From NCBI GenBank assembly GCA_963743305.1, contig CAVUPH010000017.1, positions 32,001-96,000 of the forward strand: a stretch of DNA of 64,000 nt, in the 5' to 3' direction. The translations under genes were made by a program, and so were the position numbers. The notes under the pieces are model-generated. The model saw only the letters and a list, made by a program, of their open reading frames with translations, ran no database searches and was not told the DNA's origin. Below are positions 1 through 9,080 of the stretch, in pieces. Position 1 is the first letter of the stretch, and each line of letters opens with the position of its first letter. Origin of the DNA: an uncultured delta proteobacterium (lineage in GTDB: Bacteria > Desulfobacterota > RBG-13-43-22).

Positions 1-1629
1 CAGATCCGTGTCCGGCGTCACCAGCCGAACCTGATCCACGGAAATTCCCAATTCTTCGGCGCAGATCTGAGGCAGGACGGTAGCTGACCCTTGTCCCATT
101 TCGGTGATCCCGCTGTAGAGCAGGACCGATCCGTCTTCATGTACGTAGACATTGGCCCCGCAGCCGTCGCCGGCGGTGCCGATGCTGGTTCGATACCAGC
201 CCAGGCCGATCCCTACGCCCCGCCGCTTCGTTTTTTCGGTGTCGATATAGCCGGCGCTCCGGAAGCGTTTTCCCCAGTCGAAGGACTGGGCGCAGGCTTC
301 CAGGGTTTCCCGCAGACCGACGCTCTGGTCCAGCACCTGCCCGGTAGCCGTGGCGGAGCCTAGTTTGAGGGCATTTTTTCGGCGGACATCTAAAGGGTCC
401 AGCCCCAATTCCAGGGCTAATTCATCGATGATCTGTTCATGGGCAATATGGACCTGGGGGGCGCCAAATCCCCGCATGGCCCCGCCATAAGGATGATTGG
501 TAAAGGCCAGATAGGCATCTACTTTTACGTGGGGTATCTCATAAGGCCCGGGCATCATGATCATGGAATGGATGTGGGACCCTCCGGCCGGAGGAATCAC
601 CGGACCCAGACTGGCATAAGCCCCCTGTTCGTCATAGATGACCCCTTCAAAGGCCGTCAGGGTCCCGTCTCTCTTGGCCCCGAGCTTGATTTCCATAATC
701 ATGGGGTGGCGTTTGCAGGTCTGGAGGGTGATTTCCTCCCGCTCCAGGGCCAGCCGCACCGGCCGTCCGGTATGCCGGGCCAGAACCGCCGCCCGGCAGC
801 CGATATCGATGGGGGAATCCTCCTTCCCTCCGAACCCCCCGCCCAGGGGCGTCTGGCGAGCGCGGACCCGGTTGACGGGCACACCCAGGACAGCGGCCAC
901 ATTGCGGCGGGTCGTAAAGGGGGCCTGCATGGGTCCTTCGACCAGCAAGGTGCCGTCCGCCTGGGGGACGGCCATAGTCACATCCGGTTCCAGGTAGGCG
1001 TGCTCCAGGAAAGGCACCTGATAGGTGCGTTGAATGACCACCTCGGCTTCGGAGAACCCGGTCTCCAGATCTCCTTTCCGGAGCTTGTTGTAGGAGAGTT
1101 GGTTGCCGCTCTCATGAATCCGGGGGGCACCTTCCTTCAAGGCCTCCCGGGGATCAAAAACGGCCGGCAGGAGTTCATATTCCACTTCGATGAGCTCCAG
1201 GGCCTTTTGGGCGATCATTTCGGTTTCAGCGGCCACCAGGGCGACCGCGTCGCCCACATAGCGGACCTTATCTCCGCAGATCACCGGCTGATCGGGAATG
1301 ATGGCTCCAAACCCGTTTCGGCCGGGCACGTCCCCGGCGGTCAGGACCGCCGCCACGCCCGGGAGCTGTTTCGCCCGTTCCACCTTAATCGATTTGATCA
1401 GCGCGTGGGGGTGAGGGCTCCGCAGTATCTTCCCATGCAGAAAACCCCGTTGGTCAAAATCTCCTCCATAAGCCAGCTTCCCCGTGACTTTCAAGGGGGC
1501 CTCGGTGCGGGGCAGCGACCGTCCGGCCACGGCCAGCTCCTTTTTGGGAGTTTGGAGCAGCTTCTGAAAATCGAACGCTTCCCTGGTTAAAACCCGGACT
1601 TGCGGTTGGTCTTCTTCTTTGGCGCCCAT
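1..1629 (-). CDS. Xanthine dehydrogenase family molybdopterin-binding subunit (5' part; runs off the left window edge)
   Basis: Absent from the ORF track because no stop lies in the window. Manual translation from ATG 1629 (AGGAG upstream): MGAKEEDQ...SLPRTEAPLKVTGKLAYGGD...PLGGGFGGKED...KRHPM...GGAMRGFGAPQ, the typical Mo-subunit motifs. Follows the 2Fe-2S and FAD subunit genes. Confidence 0.93.
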   Translation of the reverse strand, partial: MGAKEEDQPQVRVLTREAFDFQKLLQTPKKELAVAGRSLPRTEAPLKVTGKLAYGGDFDQRGFLHGKILRSPHPHALIKSIKVERAKQLPGVAAVLTAGDVPGRNGFGAIIPDQPVICGDKVRYVGDAVALVAAETEMIAQKALELIEVEYELLPAVFDPREALKEGAPRIHESGNQLSYNKLRKGDLETGFSEAEVVIQRTYQVPFLEHAYLEPDVTMAVPQADGTLLVEGPMQAPFTTRRNVAAVLGVPVNRVRARQTPLGGGFGGKEDSPIDIGCRAAVLARHTGRPVRLALEREEITLQTCKRHPMIMEIKLGAKRDGTLTAFEGVIYDEQGAYASLGPVIPPAGGSHIHSMIMMPGPYEIPHVKVDAYLAFTNHPYGGAMRGFGAPQVHIAHEQIIDELALELGLDPLDVRRKNALKLGSATATGQVLDQSVGLRETLEACAQSFDWGKRFRSAGYIDTEKTKRRGVGIGLGWYRTSIGTAGDGCGANVYVHEDGSVLLYSGITEMGQGSATVLPQICAEELGISVDQVRLVTPDTDL

Positions 1630-1644
1630 ACCTTACTCCTCGCT

Positions 1645-2118
1645 TTATTTCCTGACATCCGCCGCCGTGTGGATCGCCTGGACGATCTTGTGGTAGCCGG
1701 TGCAGCGGCAGAGTACCCCGGAGATGGCTTTTCTAATTTCCGTATCATCGGGCCGGGGACTCCTGTCCAACAAGGCCTTGGCGTTCAAAATCATACCGGG
1801 GGTGCAAAAACCGCACTGGACCGCCCCCTGATCGATAAACGCCTGCTGCAGGGGATCCAGCGCCCCGTTTTCGTCGCTGAGACCTTCGATGGTGACTACC
1901 GATCTTCCGCCGACTTTCAGCGCCGGCAAAATGCAGGAATTCACCGGGGCCTTGTCCAGCAGCACCGTGCAGGCCCCGCATTCTCCTTCCCGGCAGCCGA
2001 TCTTGGTCCCCTTGAGGCCCAGTATCTCCCGGAGCAGATCCACCAGCAGGGTTTCCGGGGGCACCTTAACAGCGACTTCCCGGCCGTTTAATTGGAACAC
2101 CAGATCAATTTTCTTCAT
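1645..2118 (-). CDS. (2Fe-2S)-binding small subunit, CoxS/XdhC family
   Basis: GTKIGCREGECGACTV and QCGFCTPG...LCRCTGY cluster motifs. Confidence 0.96.
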   Translation of the reverse strand: MKKIDLVFQLNGREVAVKVPPETLLVDLLREILGLKGTKIGCREGECGACTVLLDKAPVNSCILPALKVGGRSVVTIEGLSDENGALDPLQQAFIDQGAVQCGFCTPGMILNAKALLDRSPRPDDTEIRKAISGVLCRCTGYHKIVQAIHTAADVRK

Positions 2119-2130
2119 CGTCTTCGCCCC

Positions 2131-3054
2131 TCAATCTACTGAAAAACCGGCCTGTTCCAAGGCCTTTTGTACGGATCTCCGGATAAAAACCGGAATCATC
2201 TCCTGCCGGTAATTGCAGGAACCACGCAGCAGGCTGTCCCGAGGAAGGCATTCCCGGACGGCCAATCCTGCGGCCTTTTGGATGGCCTCCCGGCTCAGGG
2301 GAGCCCCCTGCAGTGCGGCCTCGCTTTCCCTGGCCCGAAAAGGGGTGGGGGCCACCGGTCCCAAGGCGATGGCGGCTTTCTTAAATACCCTGGCGTTCGA
2401 ATCCACGGTGACAACTGCCGCGACCACCAGGACCGGGAGGGTGAGCGCCCGACGCTTGCTTAAACGCAGGGTACACCCGCCCTGGTCCGGCAGCAGCTCC
2501 TGAAAACGGATGTGGGATAGCACTTCCCGGCTGGGGTCCAACACGGTTTCCCCGAGGGAAACAAAAAACTCGGTTAGGGGAACCACCCGTTCTCCTCTTT
2601 TCGAGGCAATGGTTACCGAGGCCTCCAAAGCCAGCAGCGGAATACTGGTATCCGCGGCCGGCCGACCGCTCACCAAATTACCGGCCAGGGTGGCGATGTT
2701 TCTAATTTGAGGAGACCCCACGGCCGCCGCCCCATCGGCCAGCAGGCCCGCCTTTTCCCGGATCAAAGGAGAACAGGCCACTTGGCCATGGGTGACCAGG
2801 CCTCCCAAGATAATGTGCCGGCCGTCCTTTTGGATGGCTTTCAACCCGGGAAGGCGGCTGATATCCACCAGGGTCTTGACCTGCAAGTCCCGGCGCCGCA
2901 ACTCCGGGATCATATCGGTCCCGCCGGCTATGACCCGGGCCTTTCCCTTATAGTGGTCCAGCATATCCAGCGCTTCGGCTAAGGAACCGGGAAAGAGGTA
3001 TTCCTTAACCGGGATGTCCCGGCGCCAGTGTAATTCTTTAAAAGCAGGTTCCAT
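2131..3054 (-). CDS. FAD-binding medium subunit, CoxM/XdhB family
   Basis: IAGGTD, VGSPQIRNIATLAGN and ALGPVAPTPFRA motifs; operon with the 2Fe-2S and Mo subunits. Confidence 0.95.
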   Translation of the reverse strand: MEPAFKELHWRRDIPVKEYLFPGSLAEALDMLDHYKGKARVIAGGTDMIPELRRRDLQVKTLVDISRLPGLKAIQKDGRHIILGGLVTHGQVACSPLIREKAGLLADGAAAVGSPQIRNIATLAGNLVSGRPAADTSIPLLALEASVTIASKRGERVVPLTEFFVSLGETVLDPSREVLSHIRFQELLPDQGGCTLRLSKRRALTLPVLVVAAVVTVDSNARVFKKAAIALGPVAPTPFRARESEAALQGAPLSREAIQKAAGLAVRECLPRDSLLRGSCNYRQEMIPVFIRRSVQKALEQAGFSVD

Positions 3055-3102
3055 AAGCCGCCTCGTAAAAAATTGGGTTTAATTATTGGCCGTTTCGTCC
3101 CT

Positions 3103-3272
3103 CTTAGAACCCGTCAAGAAATAAGCTGTACAATACCGCTACTATCTCCGTTCATGCTGAGCCTGTCGAAGCATTGCCGTATCGTTCACCCTTCGACTGC
3201 TCGACAGGCTCGCAGTTCAGGGCGAACGGTTGTAGGGCCATTTGTCAACGTTATTTGTTTACAGATCCTTAG
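3103..3272. mobile_element. MITE-like element family B (CTTAG-flanked, REP-like core)
   Basis: CTTAG-AACCCGTCAAGAAATAAG...TTATTTGTTTACAGATC-CTTAG. Reverse-complement homolog at 60619-60774. Internal GTTCATGCTGAGCCTGTCGAAGC-type palindromic core. Confidence 0.8.
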
Positions 3273-3331
3273 GGTGGGTATCTCCAGGTCTGGTATGGCC
3301 CCAGGGATCCGGCGCCCATGAAAGCCCGATT

Positions 3332-4000
3332 TCAGACCTTCGTGCTTGTTTCGGCTCTCTCAATCAATCGGCGCATTCTCTGGTTATGTCGGGTCATAAC
3401 CTCTTTGGCTTCCACAGCGTCTCGAACTTTAAAGGCCTGCACCAGGTTTTGATGATCCTGATAAAGCTCTCCCAGAATGGAGGTGATATCGCAGACCAGG
3501 GGACGGGACCGGCCTTTGATCTGTTCCAACTGTTCTTTCAGCAGCCGATTGCCGCAGGAATCGTAGATGAGCTGGTGGAAGTTGAAATCCGAAATGGAAT
3601 AGCGCAACAAATCTTTCTTTTTGACGATGGCCGACTGTTCGGCCAGGATTTTCCTCAACCCGGCTAAGGCTTCGGCGCTGATGTTTTCCGCCGCCAGACC
3701 GGCAGCCAGCCCTTCCAAAACCTCCCGAACCTGGTACAGGTCCCGGGCCATTTCCAAAGTCATCTCGGCCATCCGAATCCCGCGATTGGGGAGGTGGGTA
3801 ACCAGCCCTTCGGCCTCCAATTGCTTCATGGCCTGTCGGATGGGGGTTCGGCTCACCCCCAGTTCCTTGGTCAATTCCTCGACATTGATCCAAATGCCGG
3901 AAGAAAACCGCCGGGCGGCGATCATTTCCCGCAAGGCCCGGTAGGCTTGCTCTTTTAAGGTCAGTCGATGCAAGGTAGTAACTGGCAGGATCCGCTCCAA
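3332..4000 (-). CDS. GntR (FadR/FCD subfamily) transcriptional regulator
   Basis: LKEQAYRALREMI...LGVSRTPIRQAMKQLEAEGLV HTH; FCD-type DFNFHQLIYDSCGN. TTG start, exact start uncertain. Confidence 0.93.
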   Translation of the reverse strand: MERILPVTTLHRLTLKEQAYRALREMIAARRFSSGIWINVEELTKELGVSRTPIRQAMKQLEAEGLVTHLPNRGIRMAEMTLEMARDLYQVREVLEGLAAGLAAENISAEALAGLRKILAEQSAIVKKKDLLRYSISDFNFHQLIYDSCGNRLLKEQLEQIKGRSRPLVCDITSILGELYQDHQNLVQAFKVRDAVEAKEVMTRHNQRMRRLIERAETSTKV

Positions 4001-4063
4001 ATCTTTGGCTATTTTTCATCTGCGTTTTTAGGGTAGGCGGGCGATAATCGAAAGTCAATAACA

Positions 4064-4082
4064 ATTTTACAATTTGTAAAAT
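4064..4082. promoter_or_regulatory. Perfect palindrome, probable operator upstream of the GntR gene
   Basis: ATTTTACAA-T-TTGTAAAAT next to a minus-strand TTGACT-N17-TACCCT promoter-like sequence. Confidence 0.55.
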
Positions 4083-4228
4083 ATTTATACGATTTTCTAA
4101 GGTCCACGAAGGCCAGTCGGTCTGGGCCTCCTTCCAGCGATGAAATGAAAGACTTGTCCGAAACCTACACCGAGTTCATAATAAGTAAGACGCTCTGGAG
4201 GGCGCAGCTTAAATCGAAAGGAGATTCC

Positions 4229-4744
4229 TTGGACCCGACCTTTCTGCTCTTCCTGGCCCTGGCCGCTCTTATTATTATTTTGTTCCTTTTACTCGGTCTG
4301 TTTCTGCTGCCCCGGCTGATGAAGGGCCTGAGCGGCCGGGGAGGGGGCTGGTCCAGCCTGGCCGAGGCCTTCCCGGCCCTTGCTTCCCCCGAGGGTACCT
4401 TGTCCGTGAGGCAAACCATCCAGGTGGGTCGGGTGGTCTACAAAAGATGCGCCACGGTGGGGATCACCCCTCAGGGGCTTTATCTGGAAGTGAGAATTCC
4501 TTTTTTCTCCCGGCTTAAACCGCTGCTCATCCCCTGGGAAAAAATCAACGGGTTGAGGGAAGGAAACCTGCACTGGAAAAAGACGGTCATTTTTTCCCTA
4601 GGGGACCCGGAAATCGGAACGGTCGCTCTTTCTGGATCTGTTTGCGCAGACCCGCCCTTTTCTGGACCCAAAGCGCTTTTCCCCCTCAACCTGATCCGGG
4701 ATAGAGGGCAAGCCATCCGCCTAGCGGGAATCCGGGCCGGGTAA
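4229..4744 (+). CDS. Hypothetical membrane-anchored protein (C-terminus possibly frameshifted near 4630)
   Basis: AAGGAG followed by TTG at about 4229; hydrophobic N-terminal helix; GWSSLAEAFP...GITPQGLYL...IPWEKI pattern. Confidence 0.6.
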   Translation: MDPTFLLFLALAALIIILFLLLGLFLLPRLMKGLSGRGGGWSSLAEAFPALASPEGTLSVRQTIQVGRVVYKRCATVGITPQGLYLEVRIPFFSRLKPLLIPWEKINGLREGNLHWKKTVIFSLGDPEIGTVALSGSVCADPPFSGPKALFPLNLIRDRGQAIRLAGIRAG

Positions 4745-4809
4745 AATTCTTGAAAGGGTATGCCCCTCCCGCAAAGGCGAAAGCCTTCTTTCAACCAGCC
4801 GGCATGACC

Positions 4810-4832
4810 AGCACCTTGGCCCCCCGGATCTT
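4810..4832. repeat. 23-bp direct repeat, copy of the adh 3' end (6951-6973)
   Basis: AGCACCTTGGCCCCCCGGATCTT is identical at both sites and encodes KIRGAKVL on the minus strand. Confidence 0.85.
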
Positions 4833-4934
4833 CCAGCAGCCATGGCCCCCGCCCGGGAACGGAAGTACACTGCCAGAATCATCGATCTTCCTAGCATTTT
4901 GCCTGACTTTGACGAAATTCAATCCAAGCGAGGT

Positions 4935-4961
4935 TAAAGTTTCCGGAGCAGGTTCCGATAG
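4935..4961 (+). promoter_or_regulatory. Sigma28 (FliA)-type promoter upstream of the chemoreceptor
   Basis: TAAA-N15-TCCGATAG versus consensus TAAA-N15-GCCGATAA; the downstream gene is an MCP. Confidence 0.65.
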
Positions 4962-5176
4962 ACAAAATGTAGTCGGGCTGAGAAGGGGGTCATCTTTCCC
5001 GCCTATTTTTTTGGGGGCCGTTTTGTTAACCAACCCAGGTGCCCCCCTTAATCTCCATTTACTACGACAAGGTCTTTAATGTCGGGGTCTTTAAGGTAGT
5101 CAAAGAATAGTCCCCAAAGAATTTTCCCGGGAGGTCCCTCTCCTGGGTTTTCAATCAGCAAGGAGGATTAACCGTT

Positions 5177-6850
5177 ATGTTTAAATCGATTGGAGCGAGG
5201 CTGCTGGCCATTGTCAGCCTGGCCTTTCTGGCCACGGTGGTGGTGGTGATCGTATTGGCCAGCCTATTGACCGGCCGGATTTCCCGGGAAGTAAACACCA
5301 TAGTGGATCAGCAACAGGCCGAGGTTTTTAAAGAAAAACTGCTAGGGATAGCCGGAAGACTTTCCAGCGCCGATTCCGGGTTGAAGAGCACTCTTAAATC
5401 GGTCGGATCGGAAGGCACGGATTCGGCCAAAACCTATTTAGACGAGGCCCAAAAGACCGTCCTGGATTCCCTGCAAAAAGAAAATTATGCCGGGCGGAAG
5501 TTTGGGGCTGCGGATCCTTATTTTTTCATCGTGGATGCCAATGCCGTGGTGGTGCTCCATCCGAATTTATCCAAAGGAGACACTTCATTAACCGGCCTCG
5601 ATTTTGCCAAGAAGATGGTCCAGATGAAAGAGGGGTCCTTTGATTATGAATACAAGAATCAGAAAAAATGGATGTATGTAAAACAATTTGATCCCTGGAA
5701 CTGGACCGTCGGTTTCGCTTTCCCTGAAATCGCCAAACAGGCCACTATCCAAAAGGTGGATGGCCTGCTCGCGGGTCTTCGAAATAGTATCGTGTTGATC
5801 ATTGTCCTTTTGGCCTGTTCGGTCATCGCCGTGCTCGCCTTCTTCATCTCCCGCTATATCACCCGGCCGATCAACCGGGTGGTGGGCGGTTTAACCCAGG
5901 GAGCCGATCAAGTGGCCTCTTCCTCAGGTCAGATATCGGTTTCCAGCTTGTCCCTGGCCGACGGTGCTTCTCAGCAGGCTGCCGGTTTGGAGGAAACCTC
6001 CTCTTCTATGGAAGAGATGTCTTCCATGACCCGGCAGAATGCCAACAACGCCAACCAGGCCAAGGCCATGATGACCGAGGCCTCGAAAATCGTGGAGGAA
6101 GTCAACCAGATGATGAACCTGATGACGGGTTCTATCACCGAGATCACCCGTTCCAGCGAGGAAACCGGCAAGATCATCAAGACCATCGATGAGATTGCCT
6201 TCCAAACCAACCTCCTGGCTTTGAATGCGGCGGTGGAAGCGGCGCGGGCCGGCGAGGCCGGGGCCGGGTTTGCCGTGGTGGCCGACGAAGTGCGCAATCT
6301 GGCCCTCCGGGCCGCCGGAGCGGCAAAAAACACCAGCGATCTAATTGAAAAGACTATCAAGGCCGTCAAAAACGGAAATGAGTTGACCCAAAATACCCGG
6401 GAGGCCTTTGGCCGCAACCTGGAAATTTTCCAAAAAATCAGCGGTCTCATCGAGGAAATCGCCGCGGCTTCAGAAGAACAAGCCCAGGGCATCGGTCAGG
6501 TATCCAAATCGGTAGTGGAAATGGATCGGGTCGTCCAGCAGAATGCGGCCAATGCCGAGGAATCAGCTTCCGCTTCGGAAGAGCTGAACTCTCAGGCGGA
6601 CCGAATGAAGGATTTTGTGGAAGAACTGCGGGCGGTGATCGGGGGTCAGGGGAAGGGATCTGGCAACGGACATGGTCTGAAAGGGCTCCCGCGACCCCTT
6701 CCCCGGGAGTCCTCTCCAGGGAAGGCCGTAAAGTCCCCTTCACACTTTAAAGTCAAGCATTCCAACCCTAATATCGCTCTGCCCGGTGGAAAGGAAATCT
6801 CCCCGGAATCGGTTATCCCTATGAATCAGGAAGATTTTAAGGAATTTTAA
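5177..6850 (+). CDS. Methyl-accepting chemotaxis protein with Cache sensor domain
   Basis: Two TM helices; YFFIVD...LHP...FDPWNWTVG Cache signature; [37 protein letters not shown]; AAGGAGG RBS. Confidence 0.97.
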   Translation: MFKSIGARLLAIVSLAFLATVVVVIVLASLLTGRISREVNTIVDQQQAEVFKEKLLGIAGRLSSADSGLKSTLKSVGSEGTDSAKTYLDEAQKTVLDSLQKENYAGRKFGAADPYFFIVDANAVVVLHPNLSKGDTSLTGLDFAKKMVQMKEGSFDYEYKNQKKWMYVKQFDPWNWTVGFAFPEIAKQATIQKVDGLLAGLRNSIVLIIVLLACSVIAVLAFFISRYITRPINRVVGGLTQGADQVASSSGQISVSSLSLADGASQQAAGLEETSSSMEEMSSMTRQNANNANQAKAMMTEASKIVEEVNQMMNLMTGSITEITRSSEETGKIIKTIDEIAFQTNLLALNAAVEAARAGEAGAGFAVVADEVRNLALRAAGAAKNTSDLIEKTIKAVKNGNELTQNTREAFGRNLEIFQKISGLIEEIAAASEEQAQGIGQVSKSVVEMDRVVQQNAANAEESASASEELNSQADRMKDFVEELRAVIGGQGKGSGNGHGLKGLPRPLPRESSPGKAVKSPSHFKVKHSNPNIALPGGKEISPESVIPMNQEDFKEF

Positions 6851-6869
6851 CCGGGATACAACCCAAGGT

Positions 6870-6896
6870 GCGGGGGAGGGCCTGCTCTCCCCCCGC
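6870..6896. terminator. GC-rich hairpin between the convergent MCP and adh genes
   Basis: GCGGGGGAG...CTCCCCCCGC stem; resembles the hairpin inside MITE family A. Confidence 0.5.
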
Positions 6897-6937
6897 TGAA
6901 ATTGGATGGCGAAATTTTATTTCCTCCTGTGTAAAGC

Positions 6938-7966
6938 CTAGCCGATTTTTAGCACCTTGGCCCCCCGGATCTTTCTTTCCTTCAGCTCCAACAGGGCCGT
7001 ATTGGCTTCTTCCAGTTTATATTCCTGAACCACCGGACGGAGGGGGATCGCTGCCGCCAGGGCCAGGAATTCTTCCACATCCTTCCGGGCCACGTTGGCC
7101 ACGCTTTTAATCTCTTTTTCCAGCCAAAGGTGTCGAGGATAATCCAGCTTCAAAAGTTCGTTCTTGTCCGCTTCTTCTTTTCGAATGGCATTGACCACCA
7201 GTCGGCCGCCGGGTTCCAGGTTTTTCAGGGCTTCGAGGAGGGGCTTCCAGGCCGGCGTGGTGTCGATGGCGGCCTGTAGTTTCTCCGGGCATTCCTCTTC
7301 GATACCCCCGGCCCAAACCGCGCCCAGTTCCCGGGCAAAACTTTTTTCCTTGTCCATCCGGGCAAAGACAAAGACCTTGGTCTTGGGGTAGGCCCGGCGG
7401 ACCATTTTCAGCACCAGGTGGGCCGAAGCGCCAAAGCCCACCAGCCCCAGGTTCTGCCCGTCCCGGATGCCGGTTAAACGGAGGGAGCGATAGCCGATGG
7501 CCCCGGCGCACAAGAGGGGCGCCGCCTCCACATCCGAAAAAGCCTCGGGAATCGGGTAGGCGAAGGGTTCCGGAACGGTCAGGTATTCCGCATAGCCGCC
7601 GTGGGCGTCCCTGCCGGTGGCTCTAAATTGACTACATAAATTTTCATTTCCACTGAGGCAAAACGAACATGCTCCACAGGCCGAATAGATCCAGGCCACT
7701 CCCACCCGATCATGGATAGCAAACCGAATGGCCCCGGCCCCGGATCCGGCTACCCGTCCCACTACCTGATGGCCTAAAATAATCGGCAAACGCGGCGGGG
7801 GGGTCCGTCCTTCGATCTCGTCCAGCTCGGTATGGCACACCCCGCAGGCGGACACCTTGATCAACAATTCTCCCGGCCCCGGCACCGGGTCCGGCCAATC
7901 CATCAATACCAGCGGAGCCCGGTTTTTCCGGATATCGCCCAGTTCTTTCAAAATCATGGCTTTCAT
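6938..7966 (-). CDS. Zinc-dependent alcohol dehydrogenase (AdhP-like MDR family)
   Basis: Start MKAMIL overlaps the upstream stop (ATGA); CGVCHTELD, ILGHQVVG, CGACSFC...C structural Zn site, GLVGFGASA. Confidence 0.95.
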   Translation of the reverse strand: MKAMILKELGDIRKNRAPLVLMDWPDPVPGPGELLIKVSACGVCHTELDEIEGRTPPPRLPIILGHQVVGRVAGSGAGAIRFAIHDRVGVAWIYSACGACSFCLSGNENLCSQFRATGRDAHGGYAEYLTVPEPFAYPIPEAFSDVEAAPLLCAGAIGYRSLRLTGIRDGQNLGLVGFGASAHLVLKMVRRAYPKTKVFVFARMDKEKSFARELGAVWAGGIEEECPEKLQAAIDTTPAWKPLLEALKNLEPGGRLVVNAIRKEEADKNELLKLDYPRHLWLEKEIKSVANVARKDVEEFLALAAAIPLRPVVQEYKLEEANTALLELKERKIRGAKVLKIG

Positions 7967-8520
7967 GGCGAGATCCGTTTCGAGCAAAGCTCGGCCACGG
8001 ATTGCACTTGGGCGAAGAGCCCGTGAAGGGAGGCCAGAAAGGCCGTTTGGACGTCTTCCGCCGGTATGGTTACCCCGCCGAAGGATAAGTCTTTGGTAGC
8101 GCAGGCGTCCCGGGCGAGAAAGCACTCGAAGCCCAGATCGGCAGCGGCCCGGGTGGTGGAATCGACGCACATATGGGTCATCATCCCCCCGATGACCAGT
8201 TGCCCGACGTCGCCCTTCCGAAGATGGTCGAGTAAGGGGGTCCCTCGAAAGCTGTTGGGAAAATTTTTTTGGATCACGATCTCGTCTGCGCCAGGGGCCA
8301 CGCTCGAATGGATTTCGACCCCGCGGGTGTGGGGCAGGAAAAAGGCAGCCCCCGGGCGAGTGGATATATGCTGAATGTGAATGACGGGAAGGGCTTTCCC
8401 CCGGAAGGCGTGAAGCAGCTTACCGGCCATGGCGCCGGCCTCGGGGCTGCCGGCCAACTCCATGGCCCCGCCGGGGAAATAGTCGTTTTGGATATCGATG
8501 AGTAACAGGGCTTGATTCAT
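7963..8520 (-). CDS. Cysteine hydrolase (isochorismatase family)
   Basis: ALLLIDIQNDYF, KNFPNSF and GMMTHMCVDSTTRAA catalytic motifs; start MNQALL after GGAGG. Confidence 0.95.
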   Translation of the reverse strand: MNQALLLIDIQNDYFPGGAMELAGSPEAGAMAGKLLHAFRGKALPVIHIQHISTRPGAAFFLPHTRGVEIHSSVAPGADEIVIQKNFPNSFRGTPLLDHLRKGDVGQLVIGGMMTHMCVDSTTRAAADLGFECFLARDACATKDLSFGGVTIPAEDVQTAFLASLHGLFAQVQSVAELCSKRISP

Positions 8521-9035
8521 AGGGAACACCTCCGTTTGATTAGACGAAGCCATTCTTTGCGGATGAGGCCGCTGAACGGGCCGATAAGCCGCCAATACCT
8601 TCGAAAGGAACGCCGGCTGGCCTCCCCCAGGCAGTAAACCCGGGTTTCCGTGGTCAACCGGACGATCCCGTCCGACCCCGGATGGAAGGTCAGGTTCATC
8701 ACGGCCTTGGCCAATCCCGTTTGGTTAAAGCCGATAAAGTCCTCGGGGGAAAGAGATTGGATCTGGGGTGAACGGCTCCAAAAACGTCCGATCAGCCCCA
8801 GAACGATTTCCCGTTCAGCATCCTCCGCCAAAACCACAAACCCCCACTTCACCATTCCTTCCAGAGTCAGATTGGCTTCAGGCAGCCCGCGTAAACGAAA
8901 GAGCCCGCGGGCTATCCAGGACGCCCGCAAGTCCAGAGAGCGGGCCGCCTCGTAAACCCGGGGGAGGGGTGCCTGAATATCAATCCCATATTGGGCGCGG
9001 ACATCGTAACGGGGCAAATAATGATCGATCCACAT
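8517..9035 (-). CDS. Hypothetical protein, DUF2867-like
   Basis: LFRLRG...EIVLGLIGRFW...LTTETRV...FRRYWRLIGPFSGLIR; stop overlaps the next start. Confidence 0.7.
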   Translation of the reverse strand: MWIDHYLPRYDVRAQYGIDIQAPLPRVYEAARSLDLRASWIARGLFRLRGLPEANLTLEGMVKWGFVVLAEDAEREIVLGLIGRFWSRSPQIQSLSPEDFIGFNQTGLAKAVMNLTFHPGSDGIVRLTTETRVYCLGEASRRSFRRYWRLIGPFSGLIRKEWLRLIKRRCSL

Positions 9036-9080
9036 ACGATTTGAATTAGTCCTCGGTTCGGACAGCCGATTTCAATGGCC

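Noticed and set aside
439-1590. 383-aa plus-strand ORF (and 91-363, 1600-2091)
   Set aside because: Antisense shadows of the minus-strand Mo-enzyme subunits; no recognisable motifs
4791-5033. 80-aa minus-strand ORF ending KIRGAKVLVMPAG
   Set aside because: Only the last ~13 codons resemble adh; the rest overlaps the MCP promoter region. Treated as a scar, not a gene.
4965-5176. c-di-GMP riboswitch in the MCP leader
   Set aside because: No GGCAAA...GAAA...GACGCAAAGC class I consensus is visible
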